Source: Minisyncoccota bacterium (lineage in GTDB: Bacteria; Patescibacteriota; Minisyncoccia; Phycocordibacterales; UBA918). From it: 64,000 nt of DNA. Within the stretch, counting starts at the first letter, position 1. Every line of letters starts with the position of its first letter. The notes beneath the pieces were generated by a model, which saw only the letters and a list, made by a program, of their open reading frames with translations, searched no databases and was not told the origin of the DNA. Both the position numbers and the translations under genes were made by a program. This document shows, one piece after another, positions 1 to 10,283 of the stretch. The stretch spans positions 5,583 through 69,582 of the forward strand of contig CALJTT010000004.1 of NCBI GenBank assembly GCA_937975855.1, given 5' to 3'.

Positions 1-2506
1 TGTTGGCCAAACCAGAAGTCGCGTCTATGGAGCCAAACTCACTGATCGCCAAGCTGGTCAAAGTGTGACTGCCAACGTTTGAACTTAGGATGAATTGCCC
101 GCCTAAATAAATTGAAGAGACATCGGTATCAACAGTTGCAATAAGTGCGCCAGTTGAACTTGCTGTTATATCTGCATTAATGGTGACTTGCGGATACACG
201 TCGTATACACCCAGCTCGACTCCATTGTCAGTCAACCTAAAACAATATGTAGTCCCTTCAACGGCAAGTGCGGTAGCTTGGATCGAATATTCTAGCTCCA
301 AAAACTGAGTGACCGTCATAGTAGTCGCCGCCACAGTGTCGCTAATATCTTTTGTGGCCGCATTAGGTGTGAGGAAAGAAACGTTCTCGTCGGTCACACC
401 ACCTATCGCCACAGCGATATTTGTAGTGTCTGTACCGTCAGTCAGATTTACTGAATCAAACATTTCAAACTCGTCACCTACAGTATCAATTGCCGACCAG
501 CCAGAGCTAAGTTCACAGGTGGCACCAGCGACAGCAAATTCCAATTGGTAAGCCATGGGATCAGATGTAGTAGAACCTTCCACCGAAACACCCAGACGTA
601 ACCGCTTAGGGGAAAGTATCTGCAAGGCATCTATAGACGTGTCTTCTGCGCCACCGGTTGCAGAAGTGGCTGCGGACTCTAAACCATCGTCGTTTCGCCA
701 ATGATAATGGGTCAAAGTCACGTCAGGACTGACAATCGTAGTTGAACCAGCCAAGGCGACAGGCGCGTCAGGAAAAGGATCAGTTCCTGTGATTCCAATA
801 TCGATCAATGGGTTGGCTATCTGTAGGTCGAATGTAGATCCGTCTGCAGCCATGTTAGTAGCATCAAACACAACGTACCCACAAAACGTTGTCGTTGGAT
901 TCAATACAACAGCGGCCCCAGAGAACGTACTTGTTCCGTTAGCCGAACTGAACCCGTCTGAATCCGTTGCGCCAAATTGTAATTCTCCGCCAGCGTACGT
1001 TTCAGAATCACAGTCATAAGGCGACGTTGTATCCAGATCGTAAAACACTTTTACGTTTTCAATGCCAGCATTAGCGTCCAAAGTACCAGTCTCGGTTAAT
1101 GTCAAAGACGACAATGTGTTTGGGACGAGAGATTCAATCACAAATGTACCACCTGCATAATTGTCGGAAGTGTTAGCTTTTACAACGGCTGCTTGCGTAC
1201 CTGTAGCGCTCACCTTAATGTCAGGCCCGATGTTGTCCAGAGTCTCGCCAAAACGATCGTCAGTAGCGGCCTCCCACCAGGTGACGTAAAGACGCTCGAA
1301 ATTACTTGGGTCAAGGGCGGGTTTGCGAATATCGCCCGGCGAAGCGTTAACAGGGCCAATCTCACTTCCCCATGATGTCATGCCATCCGTAGATTGTTTG
1401 TAGTAAATATTTGCCGTTGAAACATCGCCAGCCGTGTCCTGGATAGCATAAGCGGCGTAAACATGGCCGTTGTTTTGGTCAATTGCAACTGCTACATCCA
1501 ACAATCCTCGGCCAACTTGGTTGGTAATGGCGTCTGACATTGTTGTCCAGGCTGATCCATCGTAAACAGCACTTTGGACATCATCATTATCGTCAGTCAG
1601 AATGTCATTGTCAGCCGCATATATTAAATAAATGTAACCAGTAGACTGGTCAATGGTGGCAGACATGCCGCCGTCGTACTCTGCGCTCTCAGACACACTT
1701 GTGTCGACATTGCTCCAACTAGCAGACCAACTTACACCATTCCAAATTTTACTTCGAATGAGGTTTGCTGAAATGTCACGATTGATCGCCATTACATCAC
1801 CACCAGCAAGAGGCATCAAGATGGTGTGGTCGTTTCGTAAGTCGAACGGGCTGACGCCTACTTCGTTCCAATTCGCTACATTGTTGCAAGTTGCACTACA
1901 AGAAACAGCATATGAGTCGCTGTTGTCGTTTGCGGCGGCGTACAGCGTGCCATCGGTCGCTTTAGTAAACGCCAAAGTGTTTATTGAGGCAGAGAAAGTT
2001 GGAACCTGCAGCGAGTTACTGCTGATATTCGTCGGAGCTGCACCTGAGAGCAAAGTGTCTGTAGTTGTGTCGAGCCGGTTGTAGAACAAGTCGTCGTCGC
2101 TAGTGTCCATTGTAACGATATGAATATTCACACCAGCATCACCAGGCGTCCACTTGTCGTACCAGACACCGATTCGTATGCAGTCCGTCTGACTGTCCAC
2201 CAACACCGTAGTACCCCATGTGGCGCCGGCATCTGTGGATTTTCTGTATACACATTGCCCTGTGCTATCGCGATAAAACGAGTACCCTATCTGGTCAGTT
2301 ACAAAAACGGTTTGCGTACCGGTATTGTTGTTAGTCCGAGCGTTAGTGCTACTTGTAGTGTCTATAGTAACAACAGCGGCCTCGGCGCTGGTCGGCGAAA
2401 AAAGTGGATTCAATAATTGCGTCCCAAGTAAATCAAACACTAGCAAAAACACCAGCCAAGAACTGAGTCCATTTTGTAGAATAGTAAAACCTCGCAGTTG
2501 TTTCAT
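1..2506 (-). CDS. Large secreted repeat surface protein, partial (3' end runs off the window; absent from the ORF track)
   Basis: ATG at 2506 (MKQLRGFTILQNGLSSWLVFLLVF...SAEA, signal-like) and the frame reads open to position 2. BNR/Asp-box-like motifs (RKSTDAGATW, KQSTDGMTSW), a HYHWRNDDG...RLRL...LELEYSI...YCFRLT domain shared with the giant protein, and an internal repeat (LSSLTLTETGTLDA vs LTSLAISEFGSIDA). Confidence 0.85.
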   Translation of the reverse strand, partial: MKQLRGFTILQNGLSSWLVFLLVFDLLGTQLLNPLFSPTSAEAAVVTIDTTSSTNARTNNNTGTQTVFVTDQIGYSFYRDSTGQCVYRKSTDAGATWGTTVLVDSQTDCIRIGVWYDKWTPGDAGVNIHIVTMDTSDDDLFYNRLDTTTDTLLSGAAPTNISSNSLQVPTFSASINTLAFTKATDGTLYAAANDNSDSYAVSCSATCNNVANWNEVGVSPFDLRNDHTILMPLAGGDVMAINRDISANLIRSKIWNGVSWSASWSNVDTSVSESAEYDGGMSATIDQSTGYIYLIYAADNDILTDDNDDVQSAVYDGSAWTTMSDAITNQVGRGLLDVAVAIDQNNGHVYAAYAIQDTAGDVSTANIYYKQSTDGMTSWGSEIGPVNASPGDIRKPALDPSNFERLYVTWWEAATDDRFGETLDNIGPDIKVSATGTQAAVVKANTSDNYAGGTFVIESLVPNTLSSLTLTETGTLDANAGIENVKVFYDLDTTSPYDCDSETYAGGELQFGATDSDGFSSANGTSTFSGAAVVLNPTTTFCGYVVFDATNMAADGSTFDLQIANPLIDIGITGTDPFPDAPVALAGSTTIVSPDVTLTHYHWRNDDGLESAATSATGGAEDTSIDALQILSPKRLRLGVSVEGSTTSDPMAYQLEFAVAGATCELSSGWSAIDTVGDEFEMFDSVNLTDGTDTTNIAVAIGGVTDENVSFLTPNAATKDISDTVAATTMTVTQFLELEYSIQATALAVEGTTYCFRLTDNGVELGVYDVYPQVTINADITASSTGALIATVDTDVSSIYLGGQFILSSNVGSHTLTSLAISEFGSIDATSGLAN

Positions 2507-2546
2507 GACTCCGTCCTTATATAGTAACGTACTGTTGCCGTTAACT

Positions 2547-4466
2547 TTATTGGCTCTGTGAACTGGTAGAAGTGGTGGTTGAAGAATCCAAAATCAACGT
2601 ATCATCATCGCTATACAGTTCTTCCACCACGGGGATATTTGGGGTACTTAGGTCAAGATCAAAATCTTCGCCTAGCGCACTGGTAGATGTTGTAGCAGCA
2701 GAAGTGGCGGAAGTGCTCAAGTCTAATGTTCCAACAGCCGGGTCTTCATTTTCAAAATTTGTATCAATGGTCGGGTCTGGGCCAGCAACCTCTTCAGTTT
2801 CATCCTGAACGACCTTAGGTGCAGAAGGTGCAACTAGTGCTCTTGTTTCCCCTGTGGACTCTGGCTCAGGCAATTTGTCAGGCAACTCCACCGGCAACTG
2901 ACCCAAAGGAATGATTTCACCCGTCACAAGGTCAAAACCTTTTGTAGCAGTGTCGCCGTTTCCGTATATGGCGTCGTACACAACAACCATTCGAGGGTTC
3001 GAGACAGCCACTCCGTCGGAGTCAGAAATTTCGTTATAAGTTTTGCTTACAGTGTCATAAGTCATCAAAGACTGAGAACCGTCACTAGCCCGAACGTTCC
3101 AAATTACCAAACTCCCTCGTACATGTGGAGCGATGTCGTGCTCTGGAGATTCAGTAAGCCTGCTTAGCGAGCCTGACTCGAGGAGCATAATTTCCCAGTT
3201 ATTGTCAATCCAGCGTTGCCAAACGGTAGTATTGCCAGCACGAGTTGGCTGCATGTTGTTTACGCTTGTTGTAGTCAAAACTTGCTCTTCACCACTATCC
3301 ACATCATAAGCAACAATTTGGTAACGATCGTCTATCAAACGATGCCATACAATCGTATGTGAAACTGCGTCGTAATAAGGTGAAGAATCATCGACCAAGT
3401 TATCGGTTATCTTTTGTTCAATATTATTTCTGCGTAAGAAAAGTTCAAGATCTCCATCCGAGTCTGGTGCAGCAAAAAGATCGTCTTTCAAGAAAGAACT
3501 GTCAGAAGAATTCTTTTTACAATAAAAGCTGCCGTCGTCCACGGTTGTACATTCTGTCTCGTTGAAACTAAATGGAGACGAACGCTCGATAAACTGCACT
3601 ACTGTCGGATCGACATTATCAGGTGTGGAACTTGCAGTCGATGTGGCTATCTCTTGAATTGTTGAAGTAGAAACTTCCACACTTTCAGATTCAGGCTCAG
3701 GCTCCTTCTTACTGCTGGAAAAATCTTGCTTCACTTCCGACACTGTAGTGGTCGAGAGAGTTGTTGTAGCTACATCATTATTATCATTGTCGCTTACAGC
3801 TACAGCTTCGGATGTCGTTGCATTACTCGAGGAAGATATTTGAGATTCTGGGGTGTGATCCAAAACTTCCGATACCAAAACTGGTTCGCTGGTGCTGGCC
3901 AAAGTGGTCGTGGCGCTGTCAAGAGAATCCACAGTGGCTTCAGAAGCTGACGATGTAGCAGTGCCTGAAACAGCGGGCTTATCAGGTGGCACCTCATCCA
4001 ATGAAACTGCTGTTACAACTGTATCGGAGACAGAGTCAGTTTCGGTCTGGAACTCTGATAATTCACCGTCCAAAGCAGATTCATCTGGAGCAGCTAGTTC
4101 TTCTACTGAAATAGCGGTTTCATCTGTCACTTCACTATCCTGCTCTTCTTCTATTTCTATTGTATCCAGCAAATCTAAAGTGATTTCATCTTCTGTATCA
4201 ACAATATCTATAACTTCTGCTGTAGCAATGGCGGGCAATTCATCTTCGTTTGCATGCACAAACAGAGGCTGCATCAGCAAAGAAAGCAGCAAGAAAACTG
4301 CACAGAGTGTATACACAACGTTGAAACGAGAATTAGAACTGGCAGGTATTGAAGATGCCATATCCGCGGAAAAGTTTTCTAATTTGGTGAGTCGTGTAGA
4401 AGTATTGTTATATAAGGTTATTTTGTTTCTTTTGAGTGCCATAAATTTGACGTGGCAAAATGCCAT
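2547..4466 (-). CDS. Secreted protein with acidic Ser/Thr-rich linker and TolB-like beta-propeller repeats
   Basis: 639-aa ORF with a hydrophobic signal segment (YTLCAVFLLLSLLMQPLFVHA), a D/E/S/T-rich stalk and repeated blades (IVWHR, TVWQR, VIWN). The true start may be downstream of 4466. Confidence 0.7.
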   Translation of the reverse strand: MAFCHVKFMALKRNKITLYNNTSTRLTKLENFSADMASSIPASSNSRFNVVYTLCAVFLLLSLLMQPLFVHANEDELPAIATAEVIDIVDTEDEITLDLLDTIEIEEEQDSEVTDETAISVEELAAPDESALDGELSEFQTETDSVSDTVVTAVSLDEVPPDKPAVSGTATSSASEATVDSLDSATTTLASTSEPVLVSEVLDHTPESQISSSSNATTSEAVAVSDNDNNDVATTTLSTTTVSEVKQDFSSSKKEPEPESESVEVSTSTIQEIATSTASSTPDNVDPTVVQFIERSSPFSFNETECTTVDDGSFYCKKNSSDSSFLKDDLFAAPDSDGDLELFLRRNNIEQKITDNLVDDSSPYYDAVSHTIVWHRLIDDRYQIVAYDVDSGEEQVLTTTSVNNMQPTRAGNTTVWQRWIDNNWEIMLLESGSLSRLTESPEHDIAPHVRGSLVIWNVRASDGSQSLMTYDTVSKTYNEISDSDGVAVSNPRMVVVYDAIYGNGDTATKGFDLVTGEIIPLGQLPVELPDKLPEPESTGETRALVAPSAPKVVQDETEEVAGPDPTIDTNFENEDPAVGTLDLSTSATSAATTSTSALGEDFDLDLSTPNIPVVEELYSDDDTLILDSSTTTSTSSQSQ

Positions 4467-4494
4467 GTCTAAACACTATTCCCATCACACAATA

Positions 4495-4535
4495 ATTTTA
4501 GCAACCTATATACGGTAATGCAGGTGTTATCAACA
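4495..4535 (-). promoter_or_regulatory. -10 box TAAAAT (4495-4500) with DnaA-box-like TTATCAACA (4527-4535)
   Basis: Same 26-nt spacing as at four other promoters in the locus. Confidence 0.55.
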
Positions 4536-4548
4536 GAAAATCAACAGT

Positions 4549-5307
4549 TTATTGGTTGAAAAAGTCTGCAAGGATAATCGAAAAATCTCGGAAGCTCATT
4601 CTTCCATCACCGTTGAAATCCATTGTTTGCGATCTGCTGCTCCAGGCACCCATAAATGCACTTATGTCCTTCAGAGTTATCTTCCCATCGCCATTGACGT
4701 CTGTTTTTGCAAAATCTTTAACAGCAAAATTAATACTAGAAAAATCAGTGTTTTCGTCAAAATTAAGTAAAGAAAGCCGCATTCTGTCATCATCCATGGA
4801 AAGCACCTCAGTACCCTCTCCATCTCCCGCAACAAAATTGACATCTTTAACCTCTATGGTGTATTGCCCTGGTTCCAAGGCTCTGAAATTCAAAGTTGCG
4901 ATCTGATGTTTACCCAAAAAACCTCTTTTAAAGGTTCCTCCACTAAGCTTTACCGATGTGGTGTCTATTTCTGGATCTGCAGTCCAGATAGTGAGTACTG
5001 ATTGACCACGGTCAACTCCAAACACATCGACTTTACTTTTGGTGAATTCTACAGTTATTTCTACTGCATTAACTGGTGTAGTAACATCAGCATAAACAAC
5101 CACGGGAAAAACTGAACCCACTTCGATGGTGTTGGTTGCTGTCTCAAAATATACAGATGACATGTTGGACGAACCGGTTAAGGCGAGCAAGCTAGCAGTT
5201 GCAAGGCCGGTTAGAATTGCTGGGAACATAAACTTCACAGTAGAACTCGCTCGTCGTCTGTACATCAAGTTTTGAAAATATCTTTTGGTTTTAGCCCAGA
5301 AAAACAT
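4549..5307 (-). CDS. Cohesin-domain plus C-terminal dockerin (EF-hand pair) protein
   Basis: Cohesin-like segment (VNAVEITVEF...SVLTIW...LSGG...IATLNFRA...AGDGEGT) and two Ca-binding loops, DVNGDGKITLKD and DFNGDGRMSFRD. Confidence 0.8.
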   Translation of the reverse strand: MFFWAKTKRYFQNLMYRRRASSTVKFMFPAILTGLATASLLALTGSSNMSSVYFETATNTIEVGSVFPVVVYADVTTPVNAVEITVEFTKSKVDVFGVDRGQSVLTIWTADPEIDTTSVKLSGGTFKRGFLGKHQIATLNFRALEPGQYTIEVKDVNFVAGDGEGTEVLSMDDDRMRLSLLNFDENTDFSSINFAVKDFAKTDVNGDGKITLKDISAFMGAWSSRSQTMDFNGDGRMSFRDFSIILADFFNQ

Positions 5308-5313
5308 ATTCGA

Positions 5314-5988
5314 TTACAGTGCGGTTAGTTCTGCCCTAAGTTTATCTGCTTGTGTTTTAGAAAGAATCAAAGCTTCTTTAGTTTCTCTAACCTGAGAAAG
5401 AATAACGCCAATTTCCTCAGAGTCAGCTGCTCTTCCCTCTAACAAAGTGTCGATGATTTTCTTTTGTGAGCGCACAAGAGTCGAAAACAAATCGCTCTGA
5501 ACTTCTTCGTTGGCAATAAGAGATTTCCACTGGTCAAGAGAGTAGTTGTCGTTCTGCTTTTTACCAGTTAGTGACGAAAGTTGTTCTACGTAAGATCCGT
5601 AAACACCAATCTCGCGTGCAAATCTAGAAACCATCACAGCTTTTCGTTCTGAATAAAAATTTCCGCAAAGTACAAAGAGCTGCTCTAACTCAATCAATTC
5701 GTAACGCGGTAACACACTGTCGAGCGAGCCCAAGAGTTTGTTAAACCTACTTCTGTCATCAATGGCACAATCACGCACGATTGATTCTGTGATGCTGTCC
5801 GCGCCATTTCTAGCTGTCGTTTCTGCAATGGTCGATAGAAGAGCCTGTTGTTCGGCCAACTGTATTCTGATTGTAGATTCTAGATCTTCAGTCCGCTGGT
5901 TGACGATGTACGAGCTGAGTAAGGCTACTAATAATAAGAAAAGGATTCCCAATAAGAACCATTTATATTTGTGAGCACTTTCGATCAT
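5314..5988 (-). CDS. Hypothetical N-terminally anchored helical/coiled-coil protein
   Basis: 224 aa, a single N-terminal TM, helical remainder, and tight operonic spacing to both neighbours. Confidence 0.7.
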   Translation of the reverse strand: MIESAHKYKWFLLGILFLLLVALLSSYIVNQRTEDLESTIRIQLAEQQALLSTIAETTARNGADSITESIVRDCAIDDRSRFNKLLGSLDSVLPRYELIELEQLFVLCGNFYSERKAVMVSRFAREIGVYGSYVEQLSSLTGKKQNDNYSLDQWKSLIANEEVQSDLFSTLVRSQKKIIDTLLEGRAADSEEIGVILSQVRETKEALILSKTQADKLRAELTAL

Positions 5989-5998
5989 ACTGAATTGT

Positions 5999-7744
5999 TT
6001 AGTCTTTTTCGGCTAGTTTTGTAACATCTTGGATTTCCTTTTCGACTGCTCGCTGTGAATTTTGAAGCGCCTTGTCGAATGTTTCTATCATAGCAGCTTC
6101 TGCCTTGGTTAGCTTGTTGGTTTTACGAGATTTGCGCAGGTTTGCCTCTTGCGACTGCAGGTCGGTTTGCAGGCTTGCGAATTCACGATGCAGAATATCC
6201 AAGGCTTCAGAAGATTCTCGCCCCACAGCTCCACGGAATTTTTGAAAAACGAAGAGGAGATACCAAATTCCGAAGAACAATAACATCGTTAACAGAAGTA
6301 ACGGAACAAGAATAGACATTGCGTTAACCACCTGACTTCCTAACCTGATGTACCCGGGCTCTTGAACAGCGATACGCTTAATTTCTGAAATTTCGCTTTG
6401 CGCACCGTGCTGGTCGATAGACTGTGCAGATACTTCGTATACGCCAGAATACAGAACTCCTTCTGGAATAAAGGCAAATTCTCCGGCTTCGTTCGCTGTG
6501 ATCTCGTAGACATTGGGTTCACTACCAACGCGTTTGAAAAAAATCGTTATCGTAGAGTTCGGCCTAGAAATTCCTTTAATCACTGGTATCACGTCACCAC
6601 TCATCTCTGTTGGAACATCGGTGAAGGCGGGCTTTTCAAAAGACTCGATAGTGAAAGAATGGGTCGCAATCAGACTATTGCCAGCGTGGTCAAAAGCCTC
6701 GATGATAACTGTGTGGTAACCAGGATCTAACCTGGGCAAAGTAAGAGTGCCAGATGCAGTTTTATCCGTAAATTCATAAGGTTCTTCGTTATCCAGCTTT
6801 ACAAGATAACGGTTAATTCCAGATGTAGAATCCTTAGCGACGAGATTTAGTGTCTGTTCTGGCGCAGACATGTCAGCGTCTTGTGGCGAAAGAATTTCAA
6901 AACTAGCAGGTGCCATAGTGTCAACTGCCAAGCGATAGCTCGACACCTTACCCCAACCATCTGCATTCTTGAACTGGATATGGAAATAAGAAATTCCCTC
7001 TTCGAGTTCTGTTAGTGTGATTGTTCTGATAGGATTTTCGTAAACCTTGGTTGGAACAGTTGACGGTGAACCATTGAGCAGCGTACGAACTGCAGTAACG
7101 CCTGTGGGTAACGACCACGACAGCAGAGCTGTATTAGTCGCATGCCAAGCTGCTGGATTATCATGAGTCTTAGAGACAATCTTTGGGGCTGCAGGAGTGT
7201 TGGCCGGGGCGATATATTCAATAATCCGTTCTGGCTCGGGCGCAGTTGTCGGTGCTTGGATTGTAAAAGATCCACCATTCATGGCCGTCAGAACGTTAGT
7301 GCCGCGGCCGTCATTGGCCAGAACAGAGCCGTTGCTAAACGTGACTCTTGGGGATCCTGCATTTTTTGCCCTAAATGTTATAGACAAAACTGTTCCCACA
7401 CTGCCAGAGTAACCGGCAGGAACACCGCCGCTAAAGGTAACCGTACCAGCCGCGTTAGAAAAGGCTGGTTCAGCCACCCAAAGATTAAAAATCGAACCAG
7501 AGCGATTGATAGAAACGACCGAAAGCTCGTTTGGATTAAAATTTATCGTACCTTCTGCTGCGTTAACCGGATCACCATTGGTAACAACCTGGACTCTAGC
7601 CGTAAAAGTTGCACCGGCATTATAAACACCAGTGTCAGGATTTAAACGCAAAGACGCAGCTTCTGCTGTGTTCGCAAAAAAACTGAATGCAGCTAAAACT
7701 GCGGCGAAAAATATGTGCGGCGTGGTTTTATTGGATATTGTCAT
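5999..7744 (-). CDS. Membrane-anchored cohesin-domain protein (cohesin + Ig-like domains + TM + cytoplasmic coiled coil)
   Basis: Signal peptide ending AEA, cohesin motif (VNAAEGTINF...SIFNLW...FSGG...VLANDGRGT), Ig-like domains, TM near the C-terminus and a tail ending EKEIQDV. Start is ATG 7744 or the ORF-track 7768. Confidence 0.8.
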   Translation of the reverse strand: MTISNKTTPHIFFAAVLAAFSFFANTAEAASLRLNPDTGVYNAGATFTARVQVVTNGDPVNAAEGTINFNPNELSVVSINRSGSIFNLWVAEPAFSNAAGTVTFSGGVPAGYSGSVGTVLSITFRAKNAGSPRVTFSNGSVLANDGRGTNVLTAMNGGSFTIQAPTTAPEPERIIEYIAPANTPAAPKIVSKTHDNPAAWHATNTALLSWSLPTGVTAVRTLLNGSPSTVPTKVYENPIRTITLTELEEGISYFHIQFKNADGWGKVSSYRLAVDTMAPASFEILSPQDADMSAPEQTLNLVAKDSTSGINRYLVKLDNEEPYEFTDKTASGTLTLPRLDPGYHTVIIEAFDHAGNSLIATHSFTIESFEKPAFTDVPTEMSGDVIPVIKGISRPNSTITIFFKRVGSEPNVYEITANEAGEFAFIPEGVLYSGVYEVSAQSIDQHGAQSEISEIKRIAVQEPGYIRLGSQVVNAMSILVPLLLLTMLLFFGIWYLLFVFQKFRGAVGRESSEALDILHREFASLQTDLQSQEANLRKSRKTNKLTKAEAAMIETFDKALQNSQRAVEKEIQDVTKLAEKD

Positions 7745-8792
7745 AGTGGCGATCGTTAGGGTCTTCAAAAGACTGGGCTGCTGCTTCTGGCTGTGTTCTA
7801 AGTGACTCGATTTCTTTGTCTACACGGCGCTTTTTGTAACGCTTAAATACAGTAAACGCGAACACGAAAGCCATCAGGAATAATCCAAGGTAAAGTATGT
7901 AACTAAGGATTTGGTAAGGTGTAATTGTTCGAAGTTCTGGATCGGGAATGTAATTTGCGATGTACTCGTTCCCCGCTTTATCTATCGCCTTGACACGAAC
8001 TACACTGTTAAGTGATTGATCTTCCAGCACATAAGGGCTTCTAGACTCGATCCAAGGTGCGTCAGCTCTCCCCCACAAAAACGCGCTAGTTTGTGACAAC
8101 GGTTCCTCCATAACCTCGTAGTGGTCGATTCCAGTTTCTTTGTCAGTCGTGTTGAAACTAATATAGTACTTGCCGCTAAAGGCTTTTTCTTCTTTATCTA
8201 GAATGATACCAAAGGCTTGAGGATCGTTATCATCAGCCGAAATTCTGTCAGTCCATGGGTCGGAAACAACCGCACTGGCGCCAGCCAGTATCGTTAACGT
8301 GGTAGGCAGCAATGTTGTTTTGGCGACAGTGCCAAAACCGTCGTTCAAATAAACCATAGTGTCCTTTGAAAAATCAACGACTGCAGCTTCCTCTTGTCCA
8401 GACTCCACATCAGAACGAACAACTATTTCGAATAACGTATTGGTTAAACTTGGATCGCCGTCAATTCTGCCACAATAGCCGTTTGGTATACCTCCAGCAA
8501 AAGAAATCTGATTTGATTCCGGGTTCAAAGTTGGTGGCTCCACCCACATTGAAAAAATTGACTCGCCAGAAGACACATCAACCGCGTTTATAGGGCCATC
8601 CAGGGAAAGCACACCTGAAGCGGCGTTGATACATTCATTCACAGACTCGTCAGTGTCGATTCTGACCTTAAGTATGAGCGCATCCCCTCTTCCTAAAGTT
8701 TTGGTCGCAGGGTCGATATACAAAGTAGCCGCCTCAACCTGCGCAGCAAGAAAAAAAGGCAGTACAAAAAACGGAACCAAACGACGTAGCAT
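7728..8792 (-). CDS. Membrane-anchored cohesin-domain protein
   Basis: Signal peptide (VEA), cohesin-like domain (INAASG...SIFSMW...FAGGIPNG...YLNDGFGT), an Ig-like domain (GIDHYEV), and a C-terminal TM followed by KRYKKRR. Confidence 0.78.
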   Translation of the reverse strand: MLRRLVPFFVLPFFLAAQVEAATLYIDPATKTLGRGDALILKVRIDTDESVNECINAASGVLSLDGPINAVDVSSGESIFSMWVEPPTLNPESNQISFAGGIPNGYCGRIDGDPSLTNTLFEIVVRSDVESGQEEAAVVDFSKDTMVYLNDGFGTVAKTTLLPTTLTILAGASAVVSDPWTDRISADDNDPQAFGIILDKEEKAFSGKYYISFNTTDKETGIDHYEVMEEPLSQTSAFLWGRADAPWIESRSPYVLEDQSLNSVVRVKAIDKAGNEYIANYIPDPELRTITPYQILSYILYLGLFLMAFVFAFTVFKRYKKRRVDKEIESLRTQPEAAAQSFEDPNDRHYDNIQ

Positions 8793-8798
8793 GGCAAA

Positions 8799-8839
8799 AT
8801 TATAACAACTTTTTGCACTGAAAATCCCTCATATGCACA
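8799..8839 (-). promoter_or_regulatory. Leaderless promoter: TATAAT (8799-8804) 6 nt before the ATG, with ATATGCACA box at 8831-8839
   Basis: Consensus -10 directly ahead of start codon 8792, with the box at the conserved 26-nt spacing. Confidence 0.55.
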
Positions 8840-8840
8840 A

Positions 8841-8884
8841 ACAAAAAACCCACCTCGTGGTGGGAGATAGGATTTTTTGTTTGT
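8841..8884. terminator. Intrinsic terminator-like hairpin after 8912..10042
   Basis: ACAAAAAACC...GGATTTTTTGT imperfect inverted repeat with flanking A/T tracts. Confidence 0.55.
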
Positions 8885-8911
8885 AACTCCAAGCTTAGAG
8901 TCCAGTTTCGG

Positions 8912-10042
8912 CTAAAAAACTGGTGTTGCTACGTATGTCAGCGTAGCGGTGTAGTCGTCTGCAGCCTCCTGCAGAGCAGTAACTTCTACTTTGTAGATGA
9001 CATTGGCTGTCCCTTCACCAGCAACAGACCCGTCTGTTGGTCCGTCGTGTCGAAACACTTCAACTGGTGACGATGAGGCCGAAACGAAGTTCGCTCCTCC
9101 AGCGTATAGGTCAGTCAAACCTGATGTAAGAGTTGTGTCATCTGATGATAGTCCCCAGTGACCAGCTTCGTTTTCAAGTCCGGGCGTAGCACCTGGAGCT
9201 GCCCACGCAGTTGGTGTTCCTGTGTAACTACCATCAACGAATCCGTCAATATCAGCACCTGTTGCTGATGACAGCTGTTGATCTGCAGCGACTGTTACCA
9301 CAAAACCATTTGAAGCGTTTGTAGACACTTCTAGACTTTGAGCAGCAGTACTGGCAGTATCGGCAGCCAATTCACCAAACGGAATAGTTGTAGACGAAGT
9401 GTCACCACCAGTGGTGTCACTTCCTACAACCGTTCCAGCTGCAACTCCGTTGATTGTGAAAGTGAAAATCGTATCAACTGTAGCAGTAACTGTTACTGAA
9501 TTTACAATTGCTACTCTAGTTTCACCCGTATCAGCAGAGCCAGAAGTAACGTTAATCTCGTATGAACCTTCTGTAGCTGGATTTGTGATCTGGTTTACGC
9601 CAGCGTCTGCATTTGTACCGATTTGAATTGTCACTGTAGCGTTAGCTGCAATAACACCGGTTCCAGATGTCAGAGTAATGACTTGACCAGCTGCGCCTAC
9701 TCCCCATGTAGCTGCTGCTGGAGCGGCTGCAAGAGTTTCGTCGACGCCGTCGACCGCAAGGTCGACATCACCGAACGCGATACCTGCAACACCAGTGAAC
9801 GCTGGATCAAGTGTAACTGTAATAGTTTCACCTGCTGCTACACCGGTTGGTGCAACGAATTCAATGGTGTGATCTGAGACTACGCTGGGCGCAGAATCAG
9901 TAAGGGTATCGCTAAAAGTTGTGACATTTGCCGCTTCTGCGAACTGCAGAACTGGGAAGCCTAGTGACCATAGGATCACAGCAAGACTTGCCACTGCGGC
10001 GATTGCTTGGAGTACTGAGAACGCATGATTTTTGCGCGTCAT
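8912..10042 (-). CDS. Secreted WxL/pilin-like surface subunit (paralog of 40864..41991)
   Basis: Signal ending AEA, N-terminal SDTLTDSAPS..S.HTI.F motif, beta-rich A/G/T/V composition, VSTNASNGFVVTV, and C-terminal YTATLTYVATPVF resembling the WxL/fimbrial terminal strand. Confidence 0.7.
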   Translation of the reverse strand: MTRKNHAFSVLQAIAAVASLAVILWSLGFPVLQFAEAANVTTFSDTLTDSAPSVVSDHTIEFVAPTGVAAGETITVTLDPAFTGVAGIAFGDVDLAVDGVDETLAAAPAAATWGVGAAGQVITLTSGTGVIAANATVTIQIGTNADAGVNQITNPATEGSYEINVTSGSADTGETRVAIVNSVTVTATVDTIFTFTINGVAAGTVVGSDTTGGDTSSTTIPFGELAADTASTAAQSLEVSTNASNGFVVTVAADQQLSSATGADIDGFVDGSYTGTPTAWAAPGATPGLENEAGHWGLSSDDTTLTSGLTDLYAGGANFVSASSSPVEVFRHDGPTDGSVAGEGTANVIYKVEVTALQEAADDYTATLTYVATPVF

Positions 10043-10232
10043 AGTACTCTACGTTGTATTAGTTCATAGTTGTCGCGTGTGTGGTACACGCATGTGACAA
10101 TTTCTCCAACAAGGTCTCCACTCCGAATCGGAGAAAACCACGAACGCATTCACAGAGCCACACCGGCTGAAGTGCTCGCGCAAAAAGCGCTTAGTACCAC
10201 TAATTGAGTACTACCTCCATGAATACTCCCCT

Positions 10233-10273
10233 ATTGTACTTTGGTCAGTTAAGACAAACTTCGATTATGCACA
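10233..10273 (-). promoter_or_regulatory. -10 box TACAAT (10233-10238) with perfect DnaA-type box TTATGCACA (10265-10273)
   Basis: Matches TTWTNCACA at the conserved 26-nt spacing. Confidence 0.6.
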
Positions 10274-10283
10274 AAAACTGCTG

